This document shows, piece after piece, positions 10,389 to 19,663 of a stretch of DNA of 64,000 nt (position 1 is the first letter of the stretch; the number at the start of each line of letters is the position of its first letter). The notes under the pieces are model-generated. The model was given only the letters and a program-made list of their open reading frames with translations, was not told where the DNA came from and did no database searches. The stretch is taken from positions 8,775-72,774 of the forward strand of contig JAHITU010000007.1 of assembly GCA_018817595.1 (NCBI GenBank). The letters run 5' to 3'. A program made the position numbers and the translations under genes. The stretch is from Patescibacteria group bacterium. GTDB taxonomy: Bacteria > Patescibacteriota > Minisyncoccia > Phycocordibacterales > UBA12079.

Positions 10389-11729
10389 TTGTCAAGTAAT
10401 ATCATGAAAAACATATTCAAAAAAATAATAGTTTCAATTCTTCAATTTGAAGCCAAATTAGTATTGAAGAAATATAAACCAAAGATTGTGGCTGTGACTG
10501 GTTCAGTAGGAAAGACCACTACCAAAGATGCAATTTACACAGTTTTAAATTCAGCTTTTTATGTTAGAAAATCTGAGAAATCTTTTAATAGTGAAATTGG
10601 TGTACCTCTAACTATTTTAGGTTGTGAAAATGCTTGGAGTAACCCTTTTCTTTGGGTTAAAAATATCTTTATAGGTTTAGGAGTTATTTTATTAAAAAAT
10701 CATTATCCAAAATGGTTAATTTTAGAAGTTGGTGCTGATGCTCCGGGAGACATAAAGAGGTCAGCTAAACTATTAAGACCAAACATTGTGGTTATGACTC
10801 AATTTGCTAAAGTCCCTGTTCATGTTGAATTTTTTAAATCCCCTCAAGATTTAATGGATGAAAAAAAGAAGTTAGCTAAATATATGAGAAGAAATGGAAT
10901 TTTAGTTTTTAATTATGATGATGAAGATATGGCTTCCATTAAAATTCCAACTGATGCCCAAAAAATATCTTTTGGTTACAAAGATGGAGCAGATATTCAA
11001 GGAATGAATGATGAAATATTATATAAGGATGGAGCTCCTGTAGGACAAATGTTTAGAGTCGAATATGCTGGAGCTTCAGCCCCTATGAAATTAAATGGTG
11101 TTATAGGAAAAGCTCATAGTTTTTCAGCCTTAGCAGCTATTGCTGTGGGAGCCTCACAAAATTTAAACGTCGCTCAGATTTCAGAAGCTTTAGCTAAAAA
11201 TTATAGAACTCAACCAGGAAGAATGAGAGTTCTAAAAGGAATAAAGAAAACTACATTAATCGATGATTCATATAATGCTTCTCCTATTGCTGTGCAAAAA
11301 GCTGTAGAAACTATGGGAATGCTAAGGGTTAAAGAAGAGGGGGTTGATCCTGAAGAACATCACGGTCGCAAAATAGTGGCTTTAGGTGATATGCTCGAGC
11401 TTGGAAAATTCTCAGCAGAAGAGCATAAAAAAATAGGGGAGTTAGTTGCTAAGAATGCAGATGTTTTAGTAGCTGTTGGTCTGCGAGCTCAACAACATAT
11501 TGTAGAAGGAGCTTTGATTGGTGGCATGAGTGAAAAAAATATTTTTTCATTTGAAAAATCAGATGAAGCTGGAAAATTTTTACAGAATGAAATTCACGAA
11601 AACGATATTGTTTTAATAAAAGGTTCTCAGTCAATTCGTATGGAAAAAATTACCGGAGAAATAATGGCAGAACCAGAAAAAAAGAGGGAATTGCTAGTGA
11701 GACAAGAAGCCGAATGGCTGCTGCGCTAA
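10389..11729 (+). CDS. murF: Mur ligase, UDP-MurNAc-pentapeptide synthetase (MurF-like, lacking the N-terminal domain)
   Basis: VAVTGSVGKTTTKD P-loop and C-terminal DDSYNASP motif. Confidence 0.75.
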   Translation: MSSNIMKNIFKKIIVSILQFEAKLVLKKYKPKIVAVTGSVGKTTTKDAIYTVLNSAFYVRKSEKSFNSEIGVPLTILGCENAWSNPFLWVKNIFIGLGVILLKNHYPKWLILEVGADAPGDIKRSAKLLRPNIVVMTQFAKVPVHVEFFKSPQDLMDEKKKLAKYMRRNGILVFNYDDEDMASIKIPTDAQKISFGYKDGADIQGMNDEILYKDGAPVGQMFRVEYAGASAPMKLNGVIGKAHSFSALAAIAVGASQNLNVAQISEALAKNYRTQPGRMRVLKGIKKTTLIDDSYNASPIAVQKAVETMGMLRVKEEGVDPEEHHGRKIVALGDMLELGKFSAEEHKKIGELVAKNADVLVAVGLRAQQHIVEGALIGGMSEKNIFSFEKSDEAGKFLQNEIHENDIVLIKGSQSIRMEKITGEIMAEPEKKRELLVRQEAEWLLR

Positions 11730-11961
11730 AAATGATTAGGGGTCGTTCCTCTTAATAAAGATAATTGTAATCTTTAGGCAAAAATTAAAAAGCTAAGATA
11801 ACCGAGGTGCGACCCCTAATTTAAATTTTAAATTATGAAGTCCGATTTCTGTCTGCCCCTGCGCGCCGGCAGGCGTGGGCATAGGCAGGGGTTGGGGTGT
11901 TCAAATGGCTAAAACCTTAATAATAAATAGCCCAACCGGTTGGGCTATTTAATTTACTTCA

Positions 11962-12001
11962 ATTTCTATTATAGTATTATGCATAATACTATAATAGAAA
12001 T
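11962..12001. repeat. perfect 40-bp AT-rich palindrome ...TTTCTATTATAGTATTATGCATAATACTATAATAGAAA...
   Basis: Dyad symmetry verified. Shares the TTATGCATAA core with the palindromes flanking the ArsR paralog at 28340. Confidence 0.5.
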
Positions 12002-12293
12002 AGAAATATAAAAACAAAAACCGCTCAAACAAAACTGAGCGGTTTTTGTTTGAGCGGGTTATCTTGTCACGATTATTTTTTTGCCGTGTATATGGTATAT
12101 TTCCTTATTTATTTTTCCACCACTTAGCCCTGTTCTGTGCTTTGTCTTTATAAATCCATCTTGTTGGGGTAAGTTTTCTTTCGGTACTTTATTTTTTTCT
12201 TCTTTTTTCGAATCCTTTTCCATTTTGAACCTCTTTTTTTATAGATTAACAACTATAATCAGTATATAATTTTTTATACTTTTGTAAAGTGAT

Positions 12294-13160
12294 TTAACCC
12301 CTAACCCTAATCTTTCCTAAAGATTGAGAAATTAATCCTTTGATTTCCATTGAGGATAGAAGAATATTTATTTGGCTAGTGGGTAAATTCAATTCTTGAA
12401 TTAACTCATCCCTCGTTTTAGGTTCACGGATATTTTCTAAGATAAGCTTTTCTTCTTTTGAGCAATCGTTAAACCTCATTTCTAATTGCTGAGAGGTGTC
12501 TAATAAATCAAAGCCCAAAACTTGGAGTAAGTCCTGACTAGAATTAATAGGAGTGGCTCCTTCGTTTAATAATCGATTAGAACCCTTGGAGTAAAGGGAA
12601 AAAACAGAATTAGGCACAGCGCAAAGTTCTCGATTATAATCCAATGCCAGACGAGCAGTAATTAAAGTGCCTGATTTTTCGGTGGCTTCAATAACCAAAG
12701 TGGCTTTAGCTAAGCCAGCCATAATTCTATTTCTTTGAGGAAAAGTCCACGGTGCCGCTCCTTGGTTTGGTTCGTATTCTGATAATAAAGTCCCTCCTGA
12801 TTTCAATATTTTTTCAGCCAAGGGTAGATTCGATTTTGGATAAAGAACTTTTCTATCCAACCCTGACCCAGGTACAGCCATAGTATTCAGTCTATTTTCT
12901 AGGGCCGAGTTATGAGCAATAGCATCAATGCCTAAAGCCAAACCAGAAACAATCGTAATATCGTAGCCTTTTAGCCCTGCAATTAATTTCTCACAAACTT
13001 CTTTTCCGTATTGAGAATATTTACGAGAACCCACCACAGTTAAAAAAACAGAATCCCAATTAGGTTTCATTCCAATATAATACAATTGCTCAGGAGCATC
13101 GTTCATTTCCAAAATATTCTCTGACCAATCTTCTTTTTTTAATTTTAATATTTCTTCCAC
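12294..13160 (-). CDS. dprA: DNA processing protein DprA (Smf)
   Basis: GSRKYSQYG...VSGLALGIDAIAH Rossmann-like DprA core. Confidence 0.85.
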   Translation of the reverse strand: MEEILKLKKEDWSENILEMNDAPEQLYYIGMKPNWDSVFLTVVGSRKYSQYGKEVCEKLIAGLKGYDITIVSGLALGIDAIAHNSALENRLNTMAVPGSGLDRKVLYPKSNLPLAEKILKSGGTLLSEYEPNQGAAPWTFPQRNRIMAGLAKATLVIEATEKSGTLITARLALDYNRELCAVPNSVFSLYSKGSNRLLNEGATPINSSQDLLQVLGFDLLDTSQQLEMRFNDCSKEEKLILENIREPKTRDELIQELNLPTSQINILLSSMEIKGLISQSLGKIRVRG

Positions 13161-13338
13161 TGAATATATTTTAACATATTATATCCCACCTCTTTTTATT
13201 TTATTTGTTGATAAATGCCATACTAGTCCAATCGATTGGAATATTCCAATCGATTGGACTATTTTTTTGTTTATTATTTTGTTTACTTTTTTAATTTTAA
13301 TATTTCTGCTAATATTATAGTAACGCACAACCTCATAA

Positions 13339-13417
13339 CGTCTCTGCGAGGAAGCCTGCACTATTTTTGAAAATTAGAATTTTCAAAAATAGTGCTGGGT
13401 GACGAAGCAGTCCAGAG
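13339..13417. repeat. MITE-like repeat CGTCTCTGCGAGGA-[hairpin]-GACGAAGCAGTCCAGAG
   Basis: Conserved termini. Internal 18-bp hairpin GCACTATTTTTGAAAATT/AATTTTCAAAAATAGTGC. Confidence 0.55.
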
Positions 13418-13633
13418 TTATAAGCAAGCGATTTTTAATGAAAATGTTTTTAAATTATAACAAAAGAATAAATTCAGCTTCAAAAAGCCCTAAACCTTTA
13501 AGCAAAAAGGTTTAGGGCTAATTCCAGACTCGGAAAATTGTTAATTAATAAGCCAACGGAAAAGAGTTTGAGAAATTTGCAAAGAAAATTTCTCCCTAAC
13601 AACCTAATTCCTAAAAGCTAACCTACTAAAAAA

Positions 13634-15223
13634 ATGTTAGATATAAAATTTATAAGAGATAATAAAGAAGCTGTGCAAATGGGTGCTAAGAAAAAGCACA
13701 TTGATTTTGATGTAGAAAGATTATTAAAAGTAGATGATGAAAGAAAAGGAGCAGTGGCTTCTGTGGAAAGACTTAGAACTGAACAAAATATAATTTCAGA
13801 CAGAGTAGCCAAAACAGAACAATTTGCTCAAAAGGAATTGTTGATTGAACAATCTCAAAAACTAAAAGCCGAATTACAAAAATCAGAAGAGGAATTGAAA
13901 GACATAATGAATCGTTGGAAATTATTGATGCTACAAGTGCCCAATATTCCAGATATGTCAGTGCCAGAAGGAGAGTCAGATGAAGAAAATCAAGAAATCA
14001 AAGCTTGGGGAGAAAAAACATCTTTTGATTTTGAAGCCAAAGACCATGTTCAAATTATGAATGATTTGGAAATGGTAGATTTTGAAAGAGGAACAAAGAT
14101 TCATGGATTCAGAGGTTATTATCTTATAGGAGACGGAGCCAGACTTTCTTGGGCTATTTGGAATTATGCCAATGACTTTTTTGGAGCCAAAGGTTTTGTT
14201 CCAATGATTCCTCCTGCTATTGTGCGAAAAGAAAATCTTTATGGAACAGGACATTTACCTAATGATGCTGATGATGTTTATCAAACTCAAGACGAAGACT
14301 ATTTAATTGGAACAGCTGAAATTCCAGTAACAGGTTTCCATTCAGGAGAAATTTTAAAGGATACAGATTTACCTAAAAAATATTTAGGATTTTCTCCTTG
14401 TTTTAGAAGAGAGGCTGGAAGCCACGGCAGAGACACCAAAGGACTTATCCGAGTAAATGAATTTTTTAAAGTAGAACAAGTTATTCTGTGTGAAGCCAGT
14501 CACGAAGAGTCAGTTAAATGGCATGAATGGATAAATAGAAATACAGAAGAATTTATTGAGTCTTTAGGGATTCCTTATCATACAGTGATTAACTGTGGAG
14601 GGGACCTAGGACAAGGTCAGGTTAAAAAATACGATGTTGAATTATGGGTTCCAGGAGAACAAAAATATCGAGAAATTTCTTCAGCTTCATATTTTCATGA
14701 TTTTCAAGCCAGAAGATTTAACATTCGCTATAAGAAAGGCGAGGAGAAGGCCAAGTATGTGCATACTCTGAATTGTACTGCTATACCAACTCCTAGAATT
14801 TTAGTTTCTTTAGTGGAAAACTTTCAACAAGCTGATGGCTCTGTAAAGATTCCAGAAGCTCTTCAAAAATATATGGGAGGAAGAGAAGTAATTAAAAAAG
14901 AAATTCTTGAAGATAAAAAAGAAAAAATCGAAGAAAAACCTGTGCTTGATAATGAAGATATTCAAACCACTCAGCCAAAAGTTGTCGAAGAAATAACTCA
15001 AGAACAAAAACCTTTTGTAGAAGAACCAATTCAAAGACAGAAACAAGTAGAAATTCAAGAAAATAATACTGAAGAAAAACCTGTGTTTGATAATGAAGAT
15101 ATTCAAACAACTGATTTTGTTCAACAAAATCCGTCTATTGAAGAAGTCGAACAAACTCCAAATATAGAATTACCAATTCAAGAGGAAAATAAACCAGAAG
15201 ACTCAGAACAACTAAGATATTAA
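13634..15223 (+). CDS. serS: seryl-tRNA synthetase with repetitive acidic C-terminal extension
   Basis: N-terminal coiled-coil arm and class II core. About 110 extra C-terminal residues carry the direct repeats EEKPVLDNEDIQTT / EEKPVFDNEDIQTT. Confidence 0.9.
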   Translation: MLDIKFIRDNKEAVQMGAKKKHIDFDVERLLKVDDERKGAVASVERLRTEQNIISDRVAKTEQFAQKELLIEQSQKLKAELQKSEEELKDIMNRWKLLMLQVPNIPDMSVPEGESDEENQEIKAWGEKTSFDFEAKDHVQIMNDLEMVDFERGTKIHGFRGYYLIGDGARLSWAIWNYANDFFGAKGFVPMIPPAIVRKENLYGTGHLPNDADDVYQTQDEDYLIGTAEIPVTGFHSGEILKDTDLPKKYLGFSPCFRREAGSHGRDTKGLIRVNEFFKVEQVILCEASHEESVKWHEWINRNTEEFIESLGIPYHTVINCGGDLGQGQVKKYDVELWVPGEQKYREISSASYFHDFQARRFNIRYKKGEEKAKYVHTLNCTAIPTPRILVSLVENFQQADGSVKIPEALQKYMGGREVIKKEILEDKKEKIEEKPVLDNEDIQTTQPKVVEEITQEQKPFVEEPIQRQKQVEIQENNTEEKPVFDNEDIQTTDFVQQNPSIEEVEQTPNIELPIQEENKPEDSEQLRY

Positions 15224-15310
15224 AATTAAAAACGGAGAGGTTGAACCTCTCCGTTTTTAATTTGGATTGAATCTAAACCTGAAGTCAGAATTTTTGTATA
15301 TGAGATCCGA

Positions 15311-15403
15311 CCCAGCACTTTGTTGCAATAGTATAAATATAGTTTATAAGAAATAAATATTATTTTTTAAATAAAAATAAGTAATTTAATTCAAAGTGCT
15401 GGG
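15311..15403. repeat. inverted-repeat element CCCAGCACTTTG-[AT-rich 69 bp]-CAAAGTGCTGGG
   Basis: 12-bp perfect inverted arms. Same arms at 18750-18950 and 41046-41139. Confidence 0.55.
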
Positions 15404-15520
15404 TCGTACCTCTAAATTATTGATAAGTTTAATCTAAATTTGAAATCTAACTCCGCTTAACGGTAGTCTTTACAGACTTTTGACTTTCGACTTTAGACTG
15501 GTTGATGCTATAATATTTTC

Positions 15521-16516
15521 ATGTTAAGAAAATTTAGATCAGAAGAAATTGCTAAAAAACATAAGAGAATTTTTTGGTTAAAATTCACCTTGTTTTGGAT
15601 TTTGTTGTTCGCTTTGGTTTATTCACTTTCCTATGCTTCTAAACAAGAAAAAATAAATATTCAGAATATAAATATAAACGGAAACAAAGTAATTCAAGAA
15701 GAAGAAATCCTAAAAATAGTAAACGAAAATTTAGAAGGTAATTATCTATGGTTGTTTCCTAAATCAAATATTTTTATCTACCCAAAATCTAAAATAAAAG
15801 AAGATTTATTAAATTCTTTTTTGAGGATAAAAGAATTAATGGTGACTTTTAATGATTTACAAAGCATAGATATAAATATAGAAGAAAGAACCCCCTTCGC
15901 CTTATATTGTGAAAAAAAAGACACTAACTTGGCAGTTGAACTGCCAAGTGAGGAATTAGAGCAAAATGATGAAATAAATAATGAAATTAATAATGAAATA
16001 GCTACTTCAACTAATTTCGCAACCAAGTTGCCAAATGATTCGGGTTTTGTCGATTTAGGAGAAATAAATGAAGAAGAATGTTATTTTATGGATAATGAAG
16101 CTTATATTTATGCAAAAGCAATGAGCTTTACCGATGATGTTTACTTTAAATATGAACAGGAATCATTAAAAACAAATAACTTGGGGGTAACACTCCCAAG
16201 TGATGGTAGAATATTAGGAAGAACTTATTTATCAGAATCTCCAGAAAGACATTTTGAAAAAATAAATTTATTTATTCGTTTTTTGAAGGATATTAATATC
16301 GATGTTTATAGATTGTTAGTAAAAGAAAACGGAGACTATGAACTAAGTTTTGATAATGGTTCGTTATTAATATTTGATGAAAAACAGGACTTTGATGTAT
16401 TATTAGAAAATCTCCAAGCCGTATTAATAGATCTTGGAGATTTAGAAGATAAAAAATTCGAATATATAGATTTAAGGTTTGATAATAAGGTACTCTATAA
16501 GTTTAAAGAGAAATGA
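15521..16516 (+). CDS. ftsQ: FtsQ/DivIB-like cell-division protein (POTRA)
   Basis: N-terminal TM, POTRA-like INIQNINIxGNKVIQEEEI segment, beta-rich C-terminus. Confidence 0.6.
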   Translation: MLRKFRSEEIAKKHKRIFWLKFTLFWILLFALVYSLSYASKQEKINIQNININGNKVIQEEEILKIVNENLEGNYLWLFPKSNIFIYPKSKIKEDLLNSFLRIKELMVTFNDLQSIDINIEERTPFALYCEKKDTNLAVELPSEELEQNDEINNEINNEIATSTNFATKLPNDSGFVDLGEINEEECYFMDNEAYIYAKAMSFTDDVYFKYEQESLKTNNLGVTLPSDGRILGRTYLSESPERHFEKINLFIRFLKDINIDVYRLLVKENGDYELSFDNGSLLIFDEKQDFDVLLENLQAVLIDLGDLEDKKFEYIDLRFDNKVLYKFKEK

Positions 16517-16606
16517 TTCTAAATTTAAAAACTTTGCCACCTCTTTATTTAAAAAGGTGACAAAGTTTTAACAAACGTTAGTGATATTTTATTCAATTTT
16601 TCGAGT

Positions 16607-16891
16607 TTAAAGTTTAAAATTCTCAAGACTTTTCGCGAACATAACTTCTTCTTGATTATTTTTACACCCCCAAATAACAATAGTTTCAGGATCTAGCCTT
16701 TTACAACAATGGCAAAATCCTTGTTGTTCACCTACAGGAGCTACCCCTAGAATTTTAAAATTTAATCCGTTTTTATGGGTTAAAATATCTCCACTTTTCA
16801 AACTAAATAATAGATTGGTTTCAAATTGTTTAAAGCACCCAGGAGAATTATCTATCTCAATTGATGTCCCAATTATTGTTGTTACATTCAT
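16607..16891 (-). CDS. small hypothetical protein (CxxC-containing)
   Basis: Start moved to the internal Met, which has an AAGGAG RBS. The longer ORF to 17065 overlaps dus and has no RBS. Confidence 0.45.
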   Translation of the reverse strand: MNVTTIIGTSIEIDNSPGCFKQFETNLLFSLKSGDILTHKNGLNFKILGVAPVGEQQGFCHCCKRLDPETIVIWGCKNNQEEVMFAKSLENFKL

Positions 16892-16941
16892 TTCACATCT
16901 CCTTATTATAAAAAGATTTTTATTGATACAAACTACTAAAA

Positions 16942-18102
16942 ATGATATTATCAAAAAATAATAAAATATGCAATATGTCAAATTTTTGGAAAAAAATAAA
17001 AGAAAACAAAAACTCCTCCTTCGCTGAAGCTTCGGCGAACAGGCCTTTTTTTGCATTGGCACCAATGTTGGATGTGACTGATTCGGCTTTTAGAGAAATA
17101 GTGGCTAAATATGGCAAACCAGATGTTTTGTGGACTGAGTTTGTTTCTTGTGATGGTATGTGTTCTGAGGGAAAAGAAAAATTAATGCACCTTTTGCATT
17201 ATACAGAAAAACAAAGACCGATTGTGGCTCAATTATTTGGGTCTAATCCAGAAAATTTTAAAAAAACTGCTCGCATTGTGGCTGAATTAGGATATGACGG
17301 AATTGATATAAATATGGGTTGTCCTCAAAAAACTATTCTTAAACAAGGAGCAGGGGCGTGTTTAATCTCCACTCCAGATTTAGCTCGAGAAATTATTAGA
17401 GCCACCAAGAAAGGAGCAGGGGATTTACCTGTGTCAGTCAAAACTAGAATTGGATATAAAGAAGACACATTAGAAGAATGGTTACCTGTAATTATAGAAG
17501 AAAAACCAGTGGCTATTACTGTTCATGGAAGGACTCAAAAAGAAATGTCTCAGGTGCCTGCTCGTTGGGATAGAATTAAAAAAGCAGTAGAAATGGCAAA
17601 AGGAACTGGGATTATAATGATTGGAAATGGAGATGTTAAATCTATTGAGGAGGGAATTGAGCGAGCCAAAGAATCAGGAGTGGACGGAGTAATGATTGGT
17701 CGCGGAATCTTCGGCAACCCATGGTTATTTAGTAGAAAATGCGGACAGGACGCTGATATATACAGAATTAACGCGGAAAAATTTGTAGGTACCGAGTACC
17801 TACAAATAGATAATGACTTGGACACCGGGTGTCCAAGTATTGAAGAAAAGTTAGGGGTTTTGATTGAACATATCGAATTGTATGAGAAATATTATGCTAA
17901 AGAATACAAAGAAGGGGATTGGGTCTTTAAGTCTTCTCGCTCTGATGGGCGAATAAAACCTTTTAATATGATGAAAAAACATATAGGAGCTTATGTAAAA
18001 GAATTCAAAGGAGCCAAAGAGCTAAGAATGGAATTAATGGAAACAGAAAGTGAAAAAGAAGCGGTAGATATTTTAAAAAAATATCTAAGATTTAAGATTT
18101 AA
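16942..18102 (+). CDS. dus: tRNA-dihydrouridine synthase
   Basis: ALAPMLDVTDSAFR FMN-binding TIM-barrel signature and catalytic Cys region. Confidence 0.85.
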   Translation: MILSKNNKICNMSNFWKKIKENKNSSFAEASANRPFFALAPMLDVTDSAFREIVAKYGKPDVLWTEFVSCDGMCSEGKEKLMHLLHYTEKQRPIVAQLFGSNPENFKKTARIVAELGYDGIDINMGCPQKTILKQGAGACLISTPDLAREIIRATKKGAGDLPVSVKTRIGYKEDTLEEWLPVIIEEKPVAITVHGRTQKEMSQVPARWDRIKKAVEMAKGTGIIMIGNGDVKSIEEGIERAKESGVDGVMIGRGIFGNPWLFSRKCGQDADIYRINAEKFVGTEYLQIDNDLDTGCPSIEEKLGVLIEHIELYEKYYAKEYKEGDWVFKSSRSDGRIKPFNMMKKHIGAYVKEFKGAKELRMELMETESEKEAVDILKKYLRFKI

Positions 18103-18345
18103 GAATTATGATTTAAGAACGAATTTTACTCTGCAAAATAAATGAAAAGCCTGCGGACAGCCTGCCCACTCCTGCCGGCGCGCAGGGGCGGACAGGCGAC
18201 TTGAGGTGTTGGATTTCAACAATTTGGGCTTGATTTTTGGAGTAATGTCAGATATTCTAATTTAAAGAATAGTTCTGTTTTTCAATGTAATTTTTTAATT
18301 ATGTTGAAAATGTAATTTAACCTAGTAAATTAGAGGAGAGTATTT

Positions 18346-18582
18346 ATGGTTGGTTTATGTTGCTCTGGTAAGAAAAGAGGTGATAAGGGTGAGGGTTTAG
18401 GTTCTCATCCAGTTAGGCTTGATAAAAGTGAGGGTCGTTTGGTTGTTCTAAAAAGTCCAAATGGAACTTACACAGAATTCTTCAACCCTGATATTGCAAA
18501 ACCTATAGCTCAAACAGAAAGAAGAAAGGGGCAAGTTGGTCCAAATAGAGGACGAAGGTCTTTAGACCATCTTCAGATTTAA
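18346..18582 (+). CDS. small hypothetical protein (78 aa, basic, CC motif)
   Basis: Strong RBS GAGGAGAGTATTTATGG. Followed by a terminator at 18593-18629. Confidence 0.45.
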   Translation: MVGLCCSGKKRGDKGEGLGSHPVRLDKSEGRLVVLKSPNGTYTEFFNPDIAKPIAQTERRKGQVGPNRGRRSLDHLQI

Positions 18583-18749
18583 GAATCAAACAAAAAGCCC
18601 GTCAGCTGTGGTTAAGCTGACGGGATTTTATTATGTTCTTTTATATCTATAAGCCGGATTCTGTTATCATCCGATCATTAAAAATGATTTAGGATAATAG
18701 ATAGTTATTTATCTGGATATATTGTCGCCAATATATCTCAAGCGGCACC

Positions 18750-18950
18750 CCCAGCACTTTGAGCATAAGCTCAAAAATTTTCAATTTACAATTTACAATT
18801 TTCAACCAATGAAATAATTTTCAATTTACAATGACGAATTTTGGCAGAGCCAAAATTCGTAAACATTGAACATTTAATCATTGAAAATTCATTGAGAATT
18901 GAAAATTGATTATTGGAAATTCTTTGTTTGCTTACAAACAAAGTGCTGGG
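18750..18950. repeat. inverted-repeat element CCCAGCACTTTG ... CAAAGTGCTGGG (201 bp) with internal TTTTCAATTTACAAT direct repeats
   Basis: Same 12-bp arms as at 15311 and 41046. Confidence 0.55.
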
Positions 18951-19058
18951 TACGGCCTTGCATTTGGGTAAGGATTTAGCCGTTTCAATCTTCAAGTTTC
19001 CATGAAGCTAATCCCGAAGGATTCTGATTTTCTTTCGATTGTCAGCGTCTCTGTTCGC

Positions 19059-19375
19059 ACCTCAGAAGCACCTCGCTATCGCTCGTTGCAGATTTAAGAA
19101 TATAGATTTAAGATTTAAGAGAAAAAATCACAAAGTGATTCTTCTGTTATCTTAATTCCTAATTCTTAAATCATAAATCTGTATCTCACGATAGTGAGAT
19201 GCTCCGACAGGTATTACCTGCTACCATTTTAACTAAGCACCTCGCTATCGCTCGTTGCAGATTTAAGAATATAGATTTAAGATTTAAGAGAAAAAATCAC
19301 AAAGTGATTTTTTATTTTCTTAATTCCTAATTCTTAAATCATAAATCTGTATCTCACGATAGTGAGATGCTTAAG
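19059..19375. repeat. tandem duplication (about 180-bp unit x2) in a 1-kb non-coding region
   Basis: AGCACCTCGCTATCGCTCGTTGCAGATTTAAGAATATAGATTTAAGATTTAAGAGAAAAAATCACAAAGTGATT...TCTCACGATAGTGAGATGCT occurs twice. Confidence 0.7.
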
Positions 19376-19546
19376 TAAATGTCCGGACTTTCCTCCAAAT
19401 TTTTATAAATAAAAACTCGGCAACTATCCGATATAAAAGAACATAATCACATTATACAATAAAATATAATATTTAGCAAAAGTTCATAAAAACTAAGTTG
19501 TGGATAATAAAATAACCATATATTCCAATATGTAGTATAATTGTTT

Positions 19547-19585
19547 AGGAAGTTAGGAAGTTAGGAAGTTAGGAAGTTAGGAATT
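19547..19585. repeat. microsatellite (AGGAAGTT)4
   Basis: Direct octamer repeats just upstream of ftsW. Confidence 0.8.
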
Positions 19586-19663
19586 AGTTAATTAGGAAAA
19601 AATTTACTTCGTAAATTTTTTAGCTAAAAACTAATAAGCTAACCCCTAATTAGCTAAACATTT

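Noticed and set aside
12081-12269. 62-codon ORF in the dprA 3' region (Phe/Ser-rich).
   Set aside because: Low-complexity T-rich translation and no RBS. The region looks like a terminator or non-coding spacer.
14810-15154. Two antisense ORFs (114 and 72 codons) opposite the 3' end of serS.
   Set aside because: Artefacts of the repetitive, low-complexity SerRS C-terminal extension. Phe/Leu-rich nonsense proteins with no RBS.
16607-17065. Full 152-codon version of the minus-strand ORF overlapping the dus start.
   Set aside because: The N-terminal 58 codons overlap dus, are hydrophobic nonsense and lack an RBS. The internal Met at 16891 has an AAGGAG RBS, so the shorter 95-aa gene is reported instead.
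18750-18761. The inverted-repeat arm CCCAGCACTTTG, together with nearby GAGGGGCGGGCTCGGTCACGA (26686-26710) and AACCCCGTCTC (26790-26800), resembles hallmark segments of the primate Alu consensus, which raised the idea of human DNA contamination.
   Set aside because: The matches are only 10-20 nt and occur as both arms of bacterial-style inverted repeats in AT-rich context. They are repeated at many loci with bacterial flanks (tRNA trailers, terminators), and no longer Alu-like stretch exists. Treated as coincidental similarity within a native repeat family.
18786-18995. 69-codon minus-strand ORF.
   Set aside because: Lies inside the CCCAGCACTTTG inverted-repeat element and is generated by its internal direct repeats.
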